A stretch of DNA of 62,445 bases, filler included, from Choristocarpus tenellus KU-1152 (lineage: Eukaryota > Protista > Phaeophyceae), in assembly GCA_964200185.2 (NCBI GenBank). It is 13 parts of 13 records of this genome, joined end to end, with 100 filler letters (N's around TTAATTAATTAA, not from the genome) between each part and the next. Parts side by side here need not be neighbours in the genome. Positions count along the whole stretch, not along the records: positions 46,158 to 53,133 come from CAXNAD020006936.1; positions 53,234 to 56,515 come from CAXNAD020021061.1; positions 56,616 to 59,367 come from CAXNAD020025049.1; positions 59,468 to 62,445 come from CAXNAD020023212.1; 9 more parts are not named here. One strand, 5' to 3'. Both the position numbers and the translations under genes were made by a program. A model generated the notes under the pieces. That model made no database searches. It saw only the letters and a program-made list of their open reading frames with translations, and had not been told where the DNA came from. Of the stretch, positions 51,234 through 62,445 are shown one piece after another. Every line of letters starts with the position of its first letter. Position 1 is the first letter of the stretch.

Positions 51234-53233
51234 CTGCCCGGGCAACCCCTACCACACAAGCAAGAGTGGTAAGTGGTTGAACAGGGTTACACACTAAACT
51301 CGGTCGGTAATGATCTTTTCACCAGTAATACGGAGGTGGTGTAGACGAAGAAGTCTTCCGAACCTGATCAATACAATCAACCAAATTTCTCGGACTCCAA
51401 GCACCACTGATTACAACGATGTGATGATTAGTTCTGTGGTTGAGAGGAGAAGAACTTCTCTATCACCACAAACATATGGGGTGGATAAAAAAAATGGTTG
51501 ACAGTTTGCGAACGTGGAAGAACCTCAAAGTATATGCAGTGTGCAATTTATTGCATGGGGGGAGATAATGTTATTCCTATCACTCTTTTCCAAAATATGA
51601 ATTCAACCACCAAATATTTATTTACAATTGATGTACTAACTTAGCACGTAAAGATATGTATCTTCATGCACTACCCTCTACGTCAAAGAGATCCCATTCA
51701 TATCGGTACAATGTATGATAAAAAAACATTTTTCAAAGTCCCATAGATACAATTGTGTAGATGTGTCAGGGGGGAATTGTATAGATTGGTCCGCTTGTTT
51801 CCCATATGAATGGAACAGGTTTTGTACAAACTTACAATATATCAATCTGGGAATCACACAATTTCCGTAACTCACCATCCAATATTCAGCCAATATGGTG
51901 GAACGTAAAAGCACTCTCATATGTAATTAAATATTGTATTGTATACTAATATTATCATATAGTATATTATGTGGTGGAGAAAGAAAAAAAATCAATCCTC
52001 CCAGTTTGTTCCTAGTTTCTATTGTACCCCTACTCAAAAAGTATTCGAGGGACTATACGAAAGTTCGTAATTTCTTTGAAGTTCCTTTTTGTAGGTATGT
52101 CCACCAATCAAGACCCAAATAATAATATGTTATTTTTCTGTGTTGGTAGTTAGATGCCGCTCTTACTAGTATATATGTTATATACTATTTTTTGCTCTCA
52201 TTTACGTCTTCCATCTTCTTCCAAACTCCTCACCCATCAACGTCAACAATCAGTATTGTATCTTGGATCGATGACAAGAAAGATTCAAATACCACAAAAA
52301 GATCGTTATTGAAAAGTGAAGTTGGTTCCAAAATCTTGGAACAATACAAGAGTCACCTAGATCGGACTGTTCTTCTTGTACCACCATAACAATTTGTATA
52401 TGTACTTGCATACTGTATATTCTTCATGATAAGTTAACATAAAAAGAATGTTTTCCGCCAACATCTCTAGTTCACCAAATGTGTCTGAGAAAATCAATTT
52501 ATGAATTAGACCTCTAATCAATATATATTATAAATATCAGAAGTAAAAATGTATTATTGTGAATAATATTTGTCGTCCAACAATAGTATATATTTCTACT
52601 TATCACCACGCCAAAACGTCGTCAACAAAAAATAACTTAACGCCTTAATGAGCGGGGATACTTCACCAAAATGCGGTACGTTTTCAGCCAATTATAATGT
52701 AAATCCCATTTCGCTTGTGTAAGAGAGAAGAACACTCCCCTACAAACTAAATTGTGGCGGAGTGTTCTTCATTGTACCATCATGACGATCAAAACTGGTA
52801 TAATATTTACATGTATATTTTATTATTATGCTCTCGGACATTTTGCAGATGTGTGAGGGGGAAAACATTTACGTCACTTTTTATTTAGTTCTGGTTTAGT
52901 TTTGGTTTTATAATGACATATTTTAATAGGCGGGAGCGGGAGGATATGGCCGGAAAGGAGTAGTTAAATCCAGCCCACGCCAAATTGTTTCGATGACTAC
53001 GCAAGTGGTATTGTCTCGACGTGTCATGCACTTCAAACTAGAGTCACCAGGGAGATGGGCACGGAGGGGTCTGTTGGATTCTTGGGATGCTTCCCTAGTT
53101 CCCCCCCCAGGGGAACAGGAGTAGGTAGATGGGNNNNNNNNNNNNNNNNNNNNNNNNNNNNNNNNNNNNNNNNNNNNTTAATTAATTAANNNNNNNNNNN
53201 NNNNNNNNNNNNNNNNNNNNNNNNNNNNNNNNN

Positions 53234-53760
53234 CATGAACCTGCCCGATGGGGCGTAAGTACAAGTTCTCCACCACACACCAATGATGAAACAATGAGGC
53301 CAAATCTGCAAGGGAATGGGCATTCCTTGGATACTGGAGGATGGCAGACCACTAATGGTGAACAGAAACTTCCACATGGATGTGGTGTTTCATGATGGGG
53401 TTTTTATATGTCGCTTTTACAGAGGTCCAGGCTCTTGCTACCTGATCAACTCATCCACCAGCAATGGTGTCGCTGCTTCAGCAGCCAAGGTGCGAAAGCA
53501 CACCAGCTACAAAGGTTCTTTTTATCCTCACAGGTTTAGTCTCAACACCTTTGCAGTGGAACGTTTTGGGCGCCTTGACAAACAAGGAGAGAGCTTCCTT
53601 GATGAGCTGGGCACCACATACAGGGATAAAAATATAGCCAAATAATGGGGGGCCTGATGGCTTGGTTTTGAAGTGCCTGGTTACCAGTACCCAGCACCCA
53701 AACAGAGTCGTTCATATGATATTGAAGGATAAGTAACAAACAGTGAGGAAATAGGCAACA
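53234..53760 (+). mobile_element. 3' fragment of a restriction-like-endonuclease non-LTR retrotransposon (CRE-like)
   Basis: GIPWILED.RP....HMDVV...NGVAASAAKVRKHTSYKGSF...FSLNTFAVERFGRLDKQGESFLDEL matches the 'AA...RK..Y...F.P.AVE.FG' RLE tail. Confidence 0.65.
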
Positions 53761-55416
53761 GGCAACAGGTGATGGGGCCCTGGTGCGCGGTTGGTGGGTG
53801 GTATTACCCACAATTGAAGGGCAGGTTGCAATTCTGTATGAGGTGTGTGGGAAAGTTACACAGCGGCATATAAATTGTTGAAACGTACAGGAAGCTCATG
53901 AATTGAGGCGCATGAATCACCAAGTTCTACAAGCAGAGCATGCACTTGAGCAAAGGGACCAGCAAATCGAAAAGTATCCGTCAATTTTCAGTTTTGCCTG
54001 ATTGCAATATACTCAAAATCGTATCGATTCAATCGCTACCAATCACAACACTAGGGGGTGACTTTTGCTTTAGACCTTGGATTTTGAACGAGGACAGTAT
54101 ATGCCCCATCTTTGGAAGGTAGTGGTGCTATTGTCCTATCTACATTTTACTGCTTGGTAGCATTGTGAATCAGAATTGTATTAATGAGCACAGAGAGAAT
54201 TGGTTCGAGATACTTCATGGTCCTAAATGAAAAAAATGAAACGAACGCTTAGGGGATGCATGAATTGAGGCAAACGAATTACCTAAATCCCTGAGGAGAA
54301 AAATAATCAGTCAAAATCGCCAAGGAACTACAGAGTTCCATTTTCACTTCTTTCGGCGGCTTCCTACCATGAGGTTTGTTCAATCATATGTAAGGGTATT
54401 TATGGTCGTCAGGTATGCGAACATAATAGTAATGATGACCAACTGCCATTATCTTTGTGAGGGTTGGAATTGGTTGCGAAAGGAATTTCAACGGTGTGGT
54501 TCGGATCTTTGGAAATATTTTGAACACAAACGATAAAATAATTATGGCTAAGTTACGGTCGTGGTTTCATTTGACTTCACGGTATGCCCTGGTCTGCTGT
54601 TCGAGCTCTGGTTTTGGCAGGTCAGTTACTTGGTTGTTGCTTTGACTTCACAGTATGGTTGCTTTTGGATTTGGAGTAAACTTCACTTTGTACCTATTTT
54701 CTTATGGTCTCCACAAATATAATAGACTCAAATAGACTGGAACAGTTGCAATGTATATTTGTATACTTCATCAGAATAATACTATGTAGTACATTTGAAC
54801 ACGAAAGATTAGCCTAACACCAGCAATATAATAATACACCAAATTGTATAGGCCAACAATTTCTTCGTTCGAAATTAGATGTAACATAACACGCCTCCTA
54901 ATCTATATGAGAAGTAAGTCTTGTCCAGCCAGAGGGTTTATCAGTGGGTCGTTCCTGGGTGAGAACGGAGCTTGCAAGAGTTATGTTACATTTAAATCCG
55001 AACGGAGGATGTTGTTGTTGGGAAGTAGTGTAGGGTTAAGTACCTCTGACCACTGTTCGGAATCATCCCTAATTCATGTGATGATGCAAATAACAAAATC
55101 CCCTCAATTTTCAGTATCGATTAATCACGATAAAATCGAATTGCAGGGCTATTCATTAGTACATTTCACGTTACTACTGGTTAGACTTCACTTCTCTCAG
55201 CCACTATTGCGTACATAGCGATTGCGTCACAATAGCTATAACGAAAGCTATAGCAATGTGGAAATCTGACAGAGGGTATGACTCCATGGAGTAGTTCGAG
55301 AGGTCAGTAGATAGGACTGACATTTGTATATATACCTGACGCTTCATGGTAAGAGGAAACAGATGGATACTTCCTAGCATTGTGGTCTACCTTGCCTTAA
55401 CGTCATGGATATGTTG

Positions 55417-55658
55417 GAGCCAACGTATCTTAGAGGGTAGAGCCGCGTCCGTTTGGGGGCCAAAATCCAATGTTGCGATTTTGATGTAATTTTGGTTATC
55501 GTGTTTGTTAGGAGGTGTCACACCTTTTCATAACGTGTACATTTTACCTACTCCGAAACATTTTGGAATAGGAAAACATCACTAAAAAAACCCATGAGAA
55601 GCCAAGCACCAAATGGACAAACAGGGTAAAACTCGTACCCTCTAAGATATTTTCACTT
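55417..55658. mobile_element. MITE family B, inverted copy; flanked by gttg/gttg
   Basis: GAGCCAACGTATCTTAGAGGGTAGAGCCGCGTCC...CTCGTACCCTCTAAGATATTTTCACTT; gttg at 55413-16 and 55659-62. Confidence 0.85.
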
Positions 55659-57480
55659 GTTGGAGCACCCAAAACTATGTACCATACCCAATAATGGGGG
55701 GATTGAATGAGACCAGTACCAGAAAGGTGTACAAACATACGGACATTCATGTTGGCTTGGTTAATATTGCCACTACTTTGTACACAAGAAAACGGAGGGC
55801 TAAATTTGGCAGGGATCAGGTGCTGCTTTTTCCTTGTGTATATTGTGCGGTAGGAAGGTGCTCTGGGACTTTTGATACAGCAGAACTATAATGCACTGTG
55901 TGATACATCAAGTGTGAAGGATTGAGTTGTATGAGGCCCATATGCGTTATGAGTGCCATCGTGCGAAGGTTCCTGATCTTTTCTTTGGCAGAGTCAACCA
56001 ACTGAGATGTAGGCAAGGTTGCATTTGAAGGATCCCGAGAGAGGGCAAAAACATAACACATCCATGTCATCCGGATTTGCCCCACACTCCATACTCTCAG
56101 AGTTCAGGAAGTCACCTTTGGGATGCATCCCACTAAGCAACAGACCGAAGCTTGAAGAAAGTCTTTCAGGGTACTCACAAGGTGTGTCTAGATAAGCAAT
56201 CCCTTTTCTTTGATTGAGAATAGTTCCAACTCAGGAAGAGTGCTGTGAGTTGAAGTAAACGAGTGGTACCCAGGTTTGAATTTTTAACATGTGCAAAATT
56301 CGACTCTTTTACAAATGTGTATAGGTATGAATCGTGTGATTCTGTGGGACCGTACTAAGTTTGTGTGCTTCTCACCTGTGAGTTCGAATATCACCCGTGT
56401 CACCAATATGAATTGTGTGTTTCTGTGGCAGCGTGGTTCACTTAGAACAGCCAATTTCAAAAATTGAGGATGGAGCTTTTCATTGAGGATGGGCTTGACC
56501 CAAAATTGACTGGGANNNNNNNNNNNNNNNNNNNNNNNNNNNNNNNNNNNNNNNNNNNNTTAATTAATTAANNNNNNNNNNNNNNNNNNNNNNNNNNNNN
56601 NNNNNNNNNNNNNNNCAATTAAAAATGACTATTGGGATGGTATAACGCCCCTTGGTATAGCGAGCATGTACCCACAAATTTCGAAGGAAGTGGGATGAGG
56701 CGCTGCAGGTCCACTCCCGCAGTCCTACAAGAAATCGCAATCCCCCTTGTCGCTAGCTCCTCATCATCATCGAAGCCTTGTACTTCTGCCCCAATATCTT
56801 CATCCCCCGTGTTCACATTACCGATAGCAGACGCCATCGGGACTCCGTCTGACCCCTCTACTACTAGCTTTCTTGAGATATCAGCACACTGTAATGTATG
56901 CTAGCTAGCATGTTAAAGTAAAATGCGTAGAATCCCAAGTCTTGATATTGAAATAATGTAGATTAATTCCTTCTCAGTTATATTGTTGTAGGAGGTAGAA
57001 AGTTGGAGTGAGATGCACCATTCAAGAAGGGGGTGATAAACCTTTCACTCATCCCTGATCACTAATAACTCGTCACTCAATCTGTTACTTGCTACAACAT
57101 TCCTTTTCTATGACTATATTCTCCTTGTTGTACTATAATAACCCGGATAACATTGTCGTAGTCTCCTGACAAATGCATTACTATCAATTATCCCGTTATC
57201 CAACAATAGTACAACAACTCAACGTTTCTCCTACAGAATAATATTTTACACATTAATAAAAAGCACATTCTTAACACACTTGGTGATTCATACGTCTGCT
57301 TTTAAACCCTACAGTCTTCAACCTTTGGCCTTGTTAAGAGTATGCTTCCAGGACCAAAACCAGGAAAGGTGCACTTTCATTGTCCATCCAACGTATGGAA
57401 CCAAATCACCCAAAAATCGCGACATGAACAAATTGGCCCCAAATGGACAGCCGCCCCCGCCCCCCCAGATGCTTTGAGCC

Positions 57481-57862
57481 TGCAAACTTTGGTTTTACAT
57501 GCTTGCCATGATCATCCCGCTTCAGGAGGTCACTTCGGTCTTTCTCATACTCTTGACAAGGTACGAGACCGGTACAGGTGGCCCATGTTTCAAAAATATG
57601 TTAGAGAATGGTTTAAGACATGTCAACTTTGCCAAAGACGAAAAACTTCTCACAGACGTCCTACATTGCCTCAAGGACAAATTCCTGCCACTCGACCATT
57701 CGAACGGATTGCTGTTGATCTTGTACTATGTAACACCATTTCCCGTGGATGTCGGTACATTATTTCGGCTATTTGTCAGTTGACACGCTTTGCTTTTCTC
57801 GTTCCCATTCCAGACAAACAAGAATTGACCATTGCCAAAGCTTTGTTTGAAAGAATATGTTC
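57481..57862 (+). mobile_element. Ty3/gypsy integrase fragment (HHCC zinc finger plus start of the rve core)
   Basis: LHACHDHPASGGHFGLSHTLDKVRDRYRWP...CQLCQRRK...PFERIAVDL...TRFAFLVPIPDK. Confidence 0.9.
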
Positions 57863-57864
57863 AT

Positions 57865-59197
57865 CTAGTCAACATAGTGTCTACAAAAGTCTTCTACCTG
57901 CTTCTTTCGTAGTCTCTTGGTCATTATGTCTGCAAGTTGGAGTGTCGTGGGAATATATTTTACTGTAATAAATCCTTTGCTAACATACTCCCTTGTGCAT
58001 TTTAGTTTAATATCTATATGCCTTGTCCGTCCATTCAAGCCTTCAGTTACTGCTGCTTGGATTGCACCTCGATTATCTCCATACCAAACCCTGACCCTTT
58101 TGAGTATGCCCAGCTGCCCCAGCATGCCTCTGAGGAATATTGCATGCCTCATTCCATGCACCATCGCTGTCCATTTCGCCTCTGATGAAGATGTGGTTAC
58201 AGCTCCCTGTATCTTGGATTTCCATGCAACAGGTGCTCCATTGATGAGTATCAGATACCCTGTCACGCTCCGCCTTGATGCAGTGTCATTGCCCCAGTCT
58301 GAGTCTCAATACCCAACCAGGCCCCCATTGTCCATTTCACGACCAGCAGGATAGTGTATCCCTACTTTTGTGGCGCCTGCCAGGTATCGCAGAACATGTT
58401 GTAGTCCTGTCCACAGTATCGATCGCATGGGGATGCTGCATATCTTCCCAGTTCCCGCACACTGTTGGATAGGTGTGGTCGTGTCATCCCGGCTAGGAAC
58501 ATAATTTTCCCCAGGATGGTGCGGTAAGGTTTGTACCTCTGGTCCAGCTCCTCCTCGTCAGTTCTTCTTGCAGTCAGGTCTATTCCTGGGTTTAAAGGTG
58601 ATGAGGTACTCCGTATTTCTGTGGATCTCATTCCTTCGAGAACAATGCTCTCTGCATAGAAATGTTGGTTTAGTGTGATGCCAGCCTCATCCCTGTTGAC
58701 TGCCACCCCAACTAACTTGTCTGGGGTCCCGAGGTCCCGTCCTTTGCATTTGGTAAGCAGAATTGCTCGTCATCCTCTATATTTCTTCGAGGAAGTTTCT
58801 GGTCAATGAGATGTCATTCACATAGTGAAAAAGAACAGCGACCCTTCCATCTTCACTCCTTTTTACATATAAGCAGGCGTCAAAATCGCTAACACTCCAC
58901 CCCTCAGCTAAAATTGTTCCCTTTAGCTCCTTGTACCACTCCACTGCTGATTGCTTAAGGCCATAGATCTCCGTGCATCCACCGTAGACTCGTTTTAGTT
59001 CCAACGAAGCTCCTCTGCCGTCTGATTGACCTCCATTTTCGTATTTGACCACAATTGTCGATGCTGATCCTTTCGTTGTTTGTAGAAGGGGGAACCGTAA
59101 CGCCTTGTTATTCTTCGATCGAGTATGTGGCATGTGCCGTACGCACTGCCTCTCCCGAGATGGTGGAGGATGTTTCAGGAATCTCGTCGTAGTCCCT
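57865..59197 (-). mobile_element. Internally deleted Ty1/copia element: partial gag fused to the RT C-terminal half and RNase H
   Basis: IYGLKQSAVEW...DACLY...LFHYVND (RT), PYRTILGKIMFLAGMTRP, TGYLILINGAPVAWKSKIQGAVTTSSSEA...DNRGAI...RTRHIDIK...QLADIMTK (copia RNase H). Confidence 0.92.
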
Positions 59198-62100
59198 ATG
59201 TGTTAGGGTGAACTAGGAGTAATATCTCCAGTTTGAAGAGAGGCGGTAGGACCGCCATGTTACAGGCGCCCCTCAATGCTTATCTTCCAGGATGTACAAT
59301 TCAAATCCAATTACCTTAAAACAACGCTATGGGGGCGTTGCCTTTTACACAATGAGTTGTAGGGTGTNNNNNNNNNNNNNNNNNNNNNNNNNNNNNNNNN
59401 NNNNNNNNNNNTTAATTAATTAANNNNNNNNNNNNNNNNNNNNNNNNNNNNNNNNNNNNNNNNNNNNGGGGGCGTCCGTTTTTGACCCTCTCTACTTTGG
59501 ATTGATAGTGTGCTGAGCTCTGGAGGTGTAGAAGACCCAGATCAAGGTTTTCATACATCTGTTGGCATTGGCATTGGATTGTATTCTTAACTTTATCTGA
59601 TCTGAATCCACTTTAGGTTCCCTACCAATAAATAATCAACCTGTATGAGTACTGCGAGCTTACTGAAGGTAGAGTCCTTGCAGTGATAGACCGAGCGTAG
59701 ATATAGTGTCTACATGAGCAGGAAAATATATTGCACTCATATGTAGACCTGTGATACGGACAGAATTGCAAATCACACATTTTCTCACACCTCCTTACTG
59801 TGTGCAATAGATGTACACCTTGAGTTGGCCAGGGTTTTGGAAGGGTTGATTACGAGTTGATACTGTGCAGACTGGGGGAGCATAGTGCAGTGCCAGATGC
59901 CAAATATGTTGGATCTTTCCCACCCCTCTGACCCCGCGTCCAGGCATCACTACTACTCACCATTCCCTCCACCATCGCACCAGAACAGAACTGTAGGGAC
60001 TTGCCCTACCAAATTGTTCCCCTTATAGAGCTATTGTAGAAAAGAGCTGGGCTTGGGTTTCCTTGGCTCGATCGGAATGATAAGCCGGTGGTGTGCTACG
60101 AGGGTGATGATAACTACTTCAAAAAGATGCCTAACATCATCCTAACTTTGGGCAAGAAGACAGCTAGGGCCAGTCGAGTCCTGAACAAGCTCAAGGCAAT
60201 ACTCTGCCAGAACTTGTTGTCCAACGACGAGGACGCACAAGGTGAGTATACATGTAATATGCTACCCAACACCTTATTTGAAGGGACAGCTGACCTTGGC
60301 CTCCAGCCTCTACTTAGCCCTATTCTAGTAAAGGGGCTGAACATATGAATACCCTTTGCTGCTGCGTGTGGGATCAGAGTCTAATTTAGGGCTAGGGTTA
60401 GGGGAAGATTGTGTTAGAGTTGGGTAACGTCTCAGGGGCTGATATGAGGGATAGGGTTAGGGTAAGATTGGATTACCCAGCTCAGAAGGCTAAGGACAAT
60501 GTTATAACAGATTCCTGATGACCCATCCTTGATGCAGTGAGAGCAAGCAGTAATGATGCAAAGCACCGATGAGTAGAATGCGTAGTCTTTTTTGCGAAGG
60601 GAAGCTGATAGTGCTTCAAAGCACCTATGTATTTCTTCTGTTGTAAATTTTTGGGCACCAAATGGACACGACTTTACCCTCTAAGATACTTTGGCTCAAA
60701 CATCAGATGGTAGGTCATTGACCAATCTGTAGACTTGAATCAGAATCTGGAGAGTGTTTCGCAGTACAGGGTATGGTGTGTGATGTTGCTTGGGCAAGAC
60801 TGGTGAATGTTGGAAGGTGATTAGAAGCACATATCCAATCTTGGAGGAATATATTTTGATTTTTTCTGTATTTAGGGCTCGAAAAATGTTTTGCCTGACA
60901 TCCCATTTCCCATATCTGAAACGCAGCAAATCTTCGATAGGAGGCTATGACCGTAGAAGATGAGATGGGCGTGTGTCCGCACAAGCATGAAATCGCCCTC
61001 CAGAGCACTAGAAGGATATTTACCAAAAAGCAGCCAGAGGGTCCCCATGTTCAACGAAACCCCCTCTCGAGGATAGGATGATTGCGAAATCAGGTTGAAT
61101 ATGTGGTTAATATGATTTCATTGGCTTCCCCCCCAACATATCTACAAAATGTCAGAGGGTATAATAACATATATACTATTCGATCGAGCTAAGGTACGTT
61201 GCATTGCCGAAGTTACTGTGTCATGTTCATTGTATTATTGTAGTACGCAATGTACTGTGTTGCTGACGTAGGGTTGTTGAACTTGACGATCTTCTGGAGT
61301 TAGGAGAAGAACATAAATGAGTTGATCGAGGTAAGTGGGAAACGATACATTAAAATTTGGGACACTCTATTTTACACACACATACACATCATGAATCATT
61401 TCATGAGAGTGCCTCTTCCATTGTAGGGCTGGAGCAAGTCATGGTATTCCACTTGAGGTCATTGATCGCTCAGTCGAGAATGATGTGATGTGAGTTCAGT
61501 ATTCTTTCTTGAGGTACTCAACGAAAGAAGTTCATGCTCTGTGGAGAGGCTTGTTTCCTTGGCTGGCAAGGGTTTCTGTAGATGTTTTTAACTCTGAATA
61601 TATTACATCCAGGTGTGCATCAGGTACACTCATTGCAGAGTGAGCTTGGTGCATATTATTATGAGGGATCAATGACAACGAAGAAAGAAATAATAATAAA
61701 CAATTGACGTACAACTGTCATCTTCTGCTGATAAGAAGAAATAGAGAAAAAAGAAGAACAAGAGAAAAAGAGAACAAGAGAACAAACTTGAATCAATATG
61801 TGATGCAACTCAAGTGACGCATACTATTCCTGAGTGTAGAGTGCAGAGCGACTGTTCAGTACTATGGTGTTCTGACAGTAATAGATGCGGTGATGATGAA
61901 CTAGTGACAGTAACGACCAGTGCGTAACAGACCAATCAACAGTCAGTGTTGACTGGTGGAACTATATCGTATCAAGGAAAAACATATGAGTAGCCTATGT
62001 TTTAACATCTTCACAAATCTATGTCGTCATGCCAATACGCGTACGATGTTGTATTGTGCTTCTAGACCCGTTTGCTGGAGCTTTCCTTTCCGTAGGAACC

Positions 62101-62445
62101 TGTCGAAATTCTTAGACACGAATTTTAATCTCAATGATTAACCATTTGTACCATTCAAACTGGTACGAACAATGGTACTAGTTTTTTAGCAATCTTCATG
62201 TACATTGTTAAATCGATTAAAAAAACTTTCACAGAGTAAAAAAGTAAATTATTTGTTGTAATTAACTAAAATATATGACTTCTATTTAACATTACACGAA
62301 GTTCCGCTATAAAATAAAATATATCATTTCGTTATATTCTATACGCTAAAAAAACAGGAGATTATTATTGAAGAAAGAGCACGTATGGAAAGCATGTTTG
62401 TCTGTTATTATACCGTTATTGCCGTATGCCATATACCATTATACC

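Noticed and set aside
56619-56837. Acidic ORF start at a contig edge, and ORF 60088-60348, as host genes
   Set aside because: No recognisable domain; the first is truncated by the linker and the second could not be extended into a gene model.

Overview
This is eukaryotic, TE-dense nuclear DNA, not one contiguous locus. It is 13 short contigs joined by 12 artificial 100-bp linkers (N44-TTAATTAATTAA-N44), so adjacency across a linker carries no information. Short exons in long introns, an intron-containing bactofilin, the TE repertoire and TTAGGG-like motifs suggest a stramenopile, possibly a brown alga or relative (inference only). Four spliced host genes could be reconstructed by hand: part of a cNMP-binding-domain ion channel (+), the 5' part of GUF1/LepA (-), the 3' part of NUP93/NIC96 (+) and an apparently complete five-exon bactofilin-domain gene (-). 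The rest is mostly decayed mobile DNA: Ty1/copia, Ty3/gypsy, non-LTR fragments, DD39D-related mariners with 37-residue spacing, and a possible YqaJ+DDE (ISL2EU-like) relic. The most distinctive structure is a set of at least four related non-coding inverted-repeat elements (families A-D, about 180-280 bp, about 20 copies or ends). They share a terminal G-N4-AAAGTA(TC) signature, families A-C also share a subterminal GTCCATT box, and their target junctions are inconsistent. Other notable signals are a 34-bp perfect palindrome whose tandem paralogue shows symmetric compensatory changes, an apparent CpG-depletion contrast, and dispersed telomere-like seeds. All family assignments come from motif recognition by eye; no database search was run.
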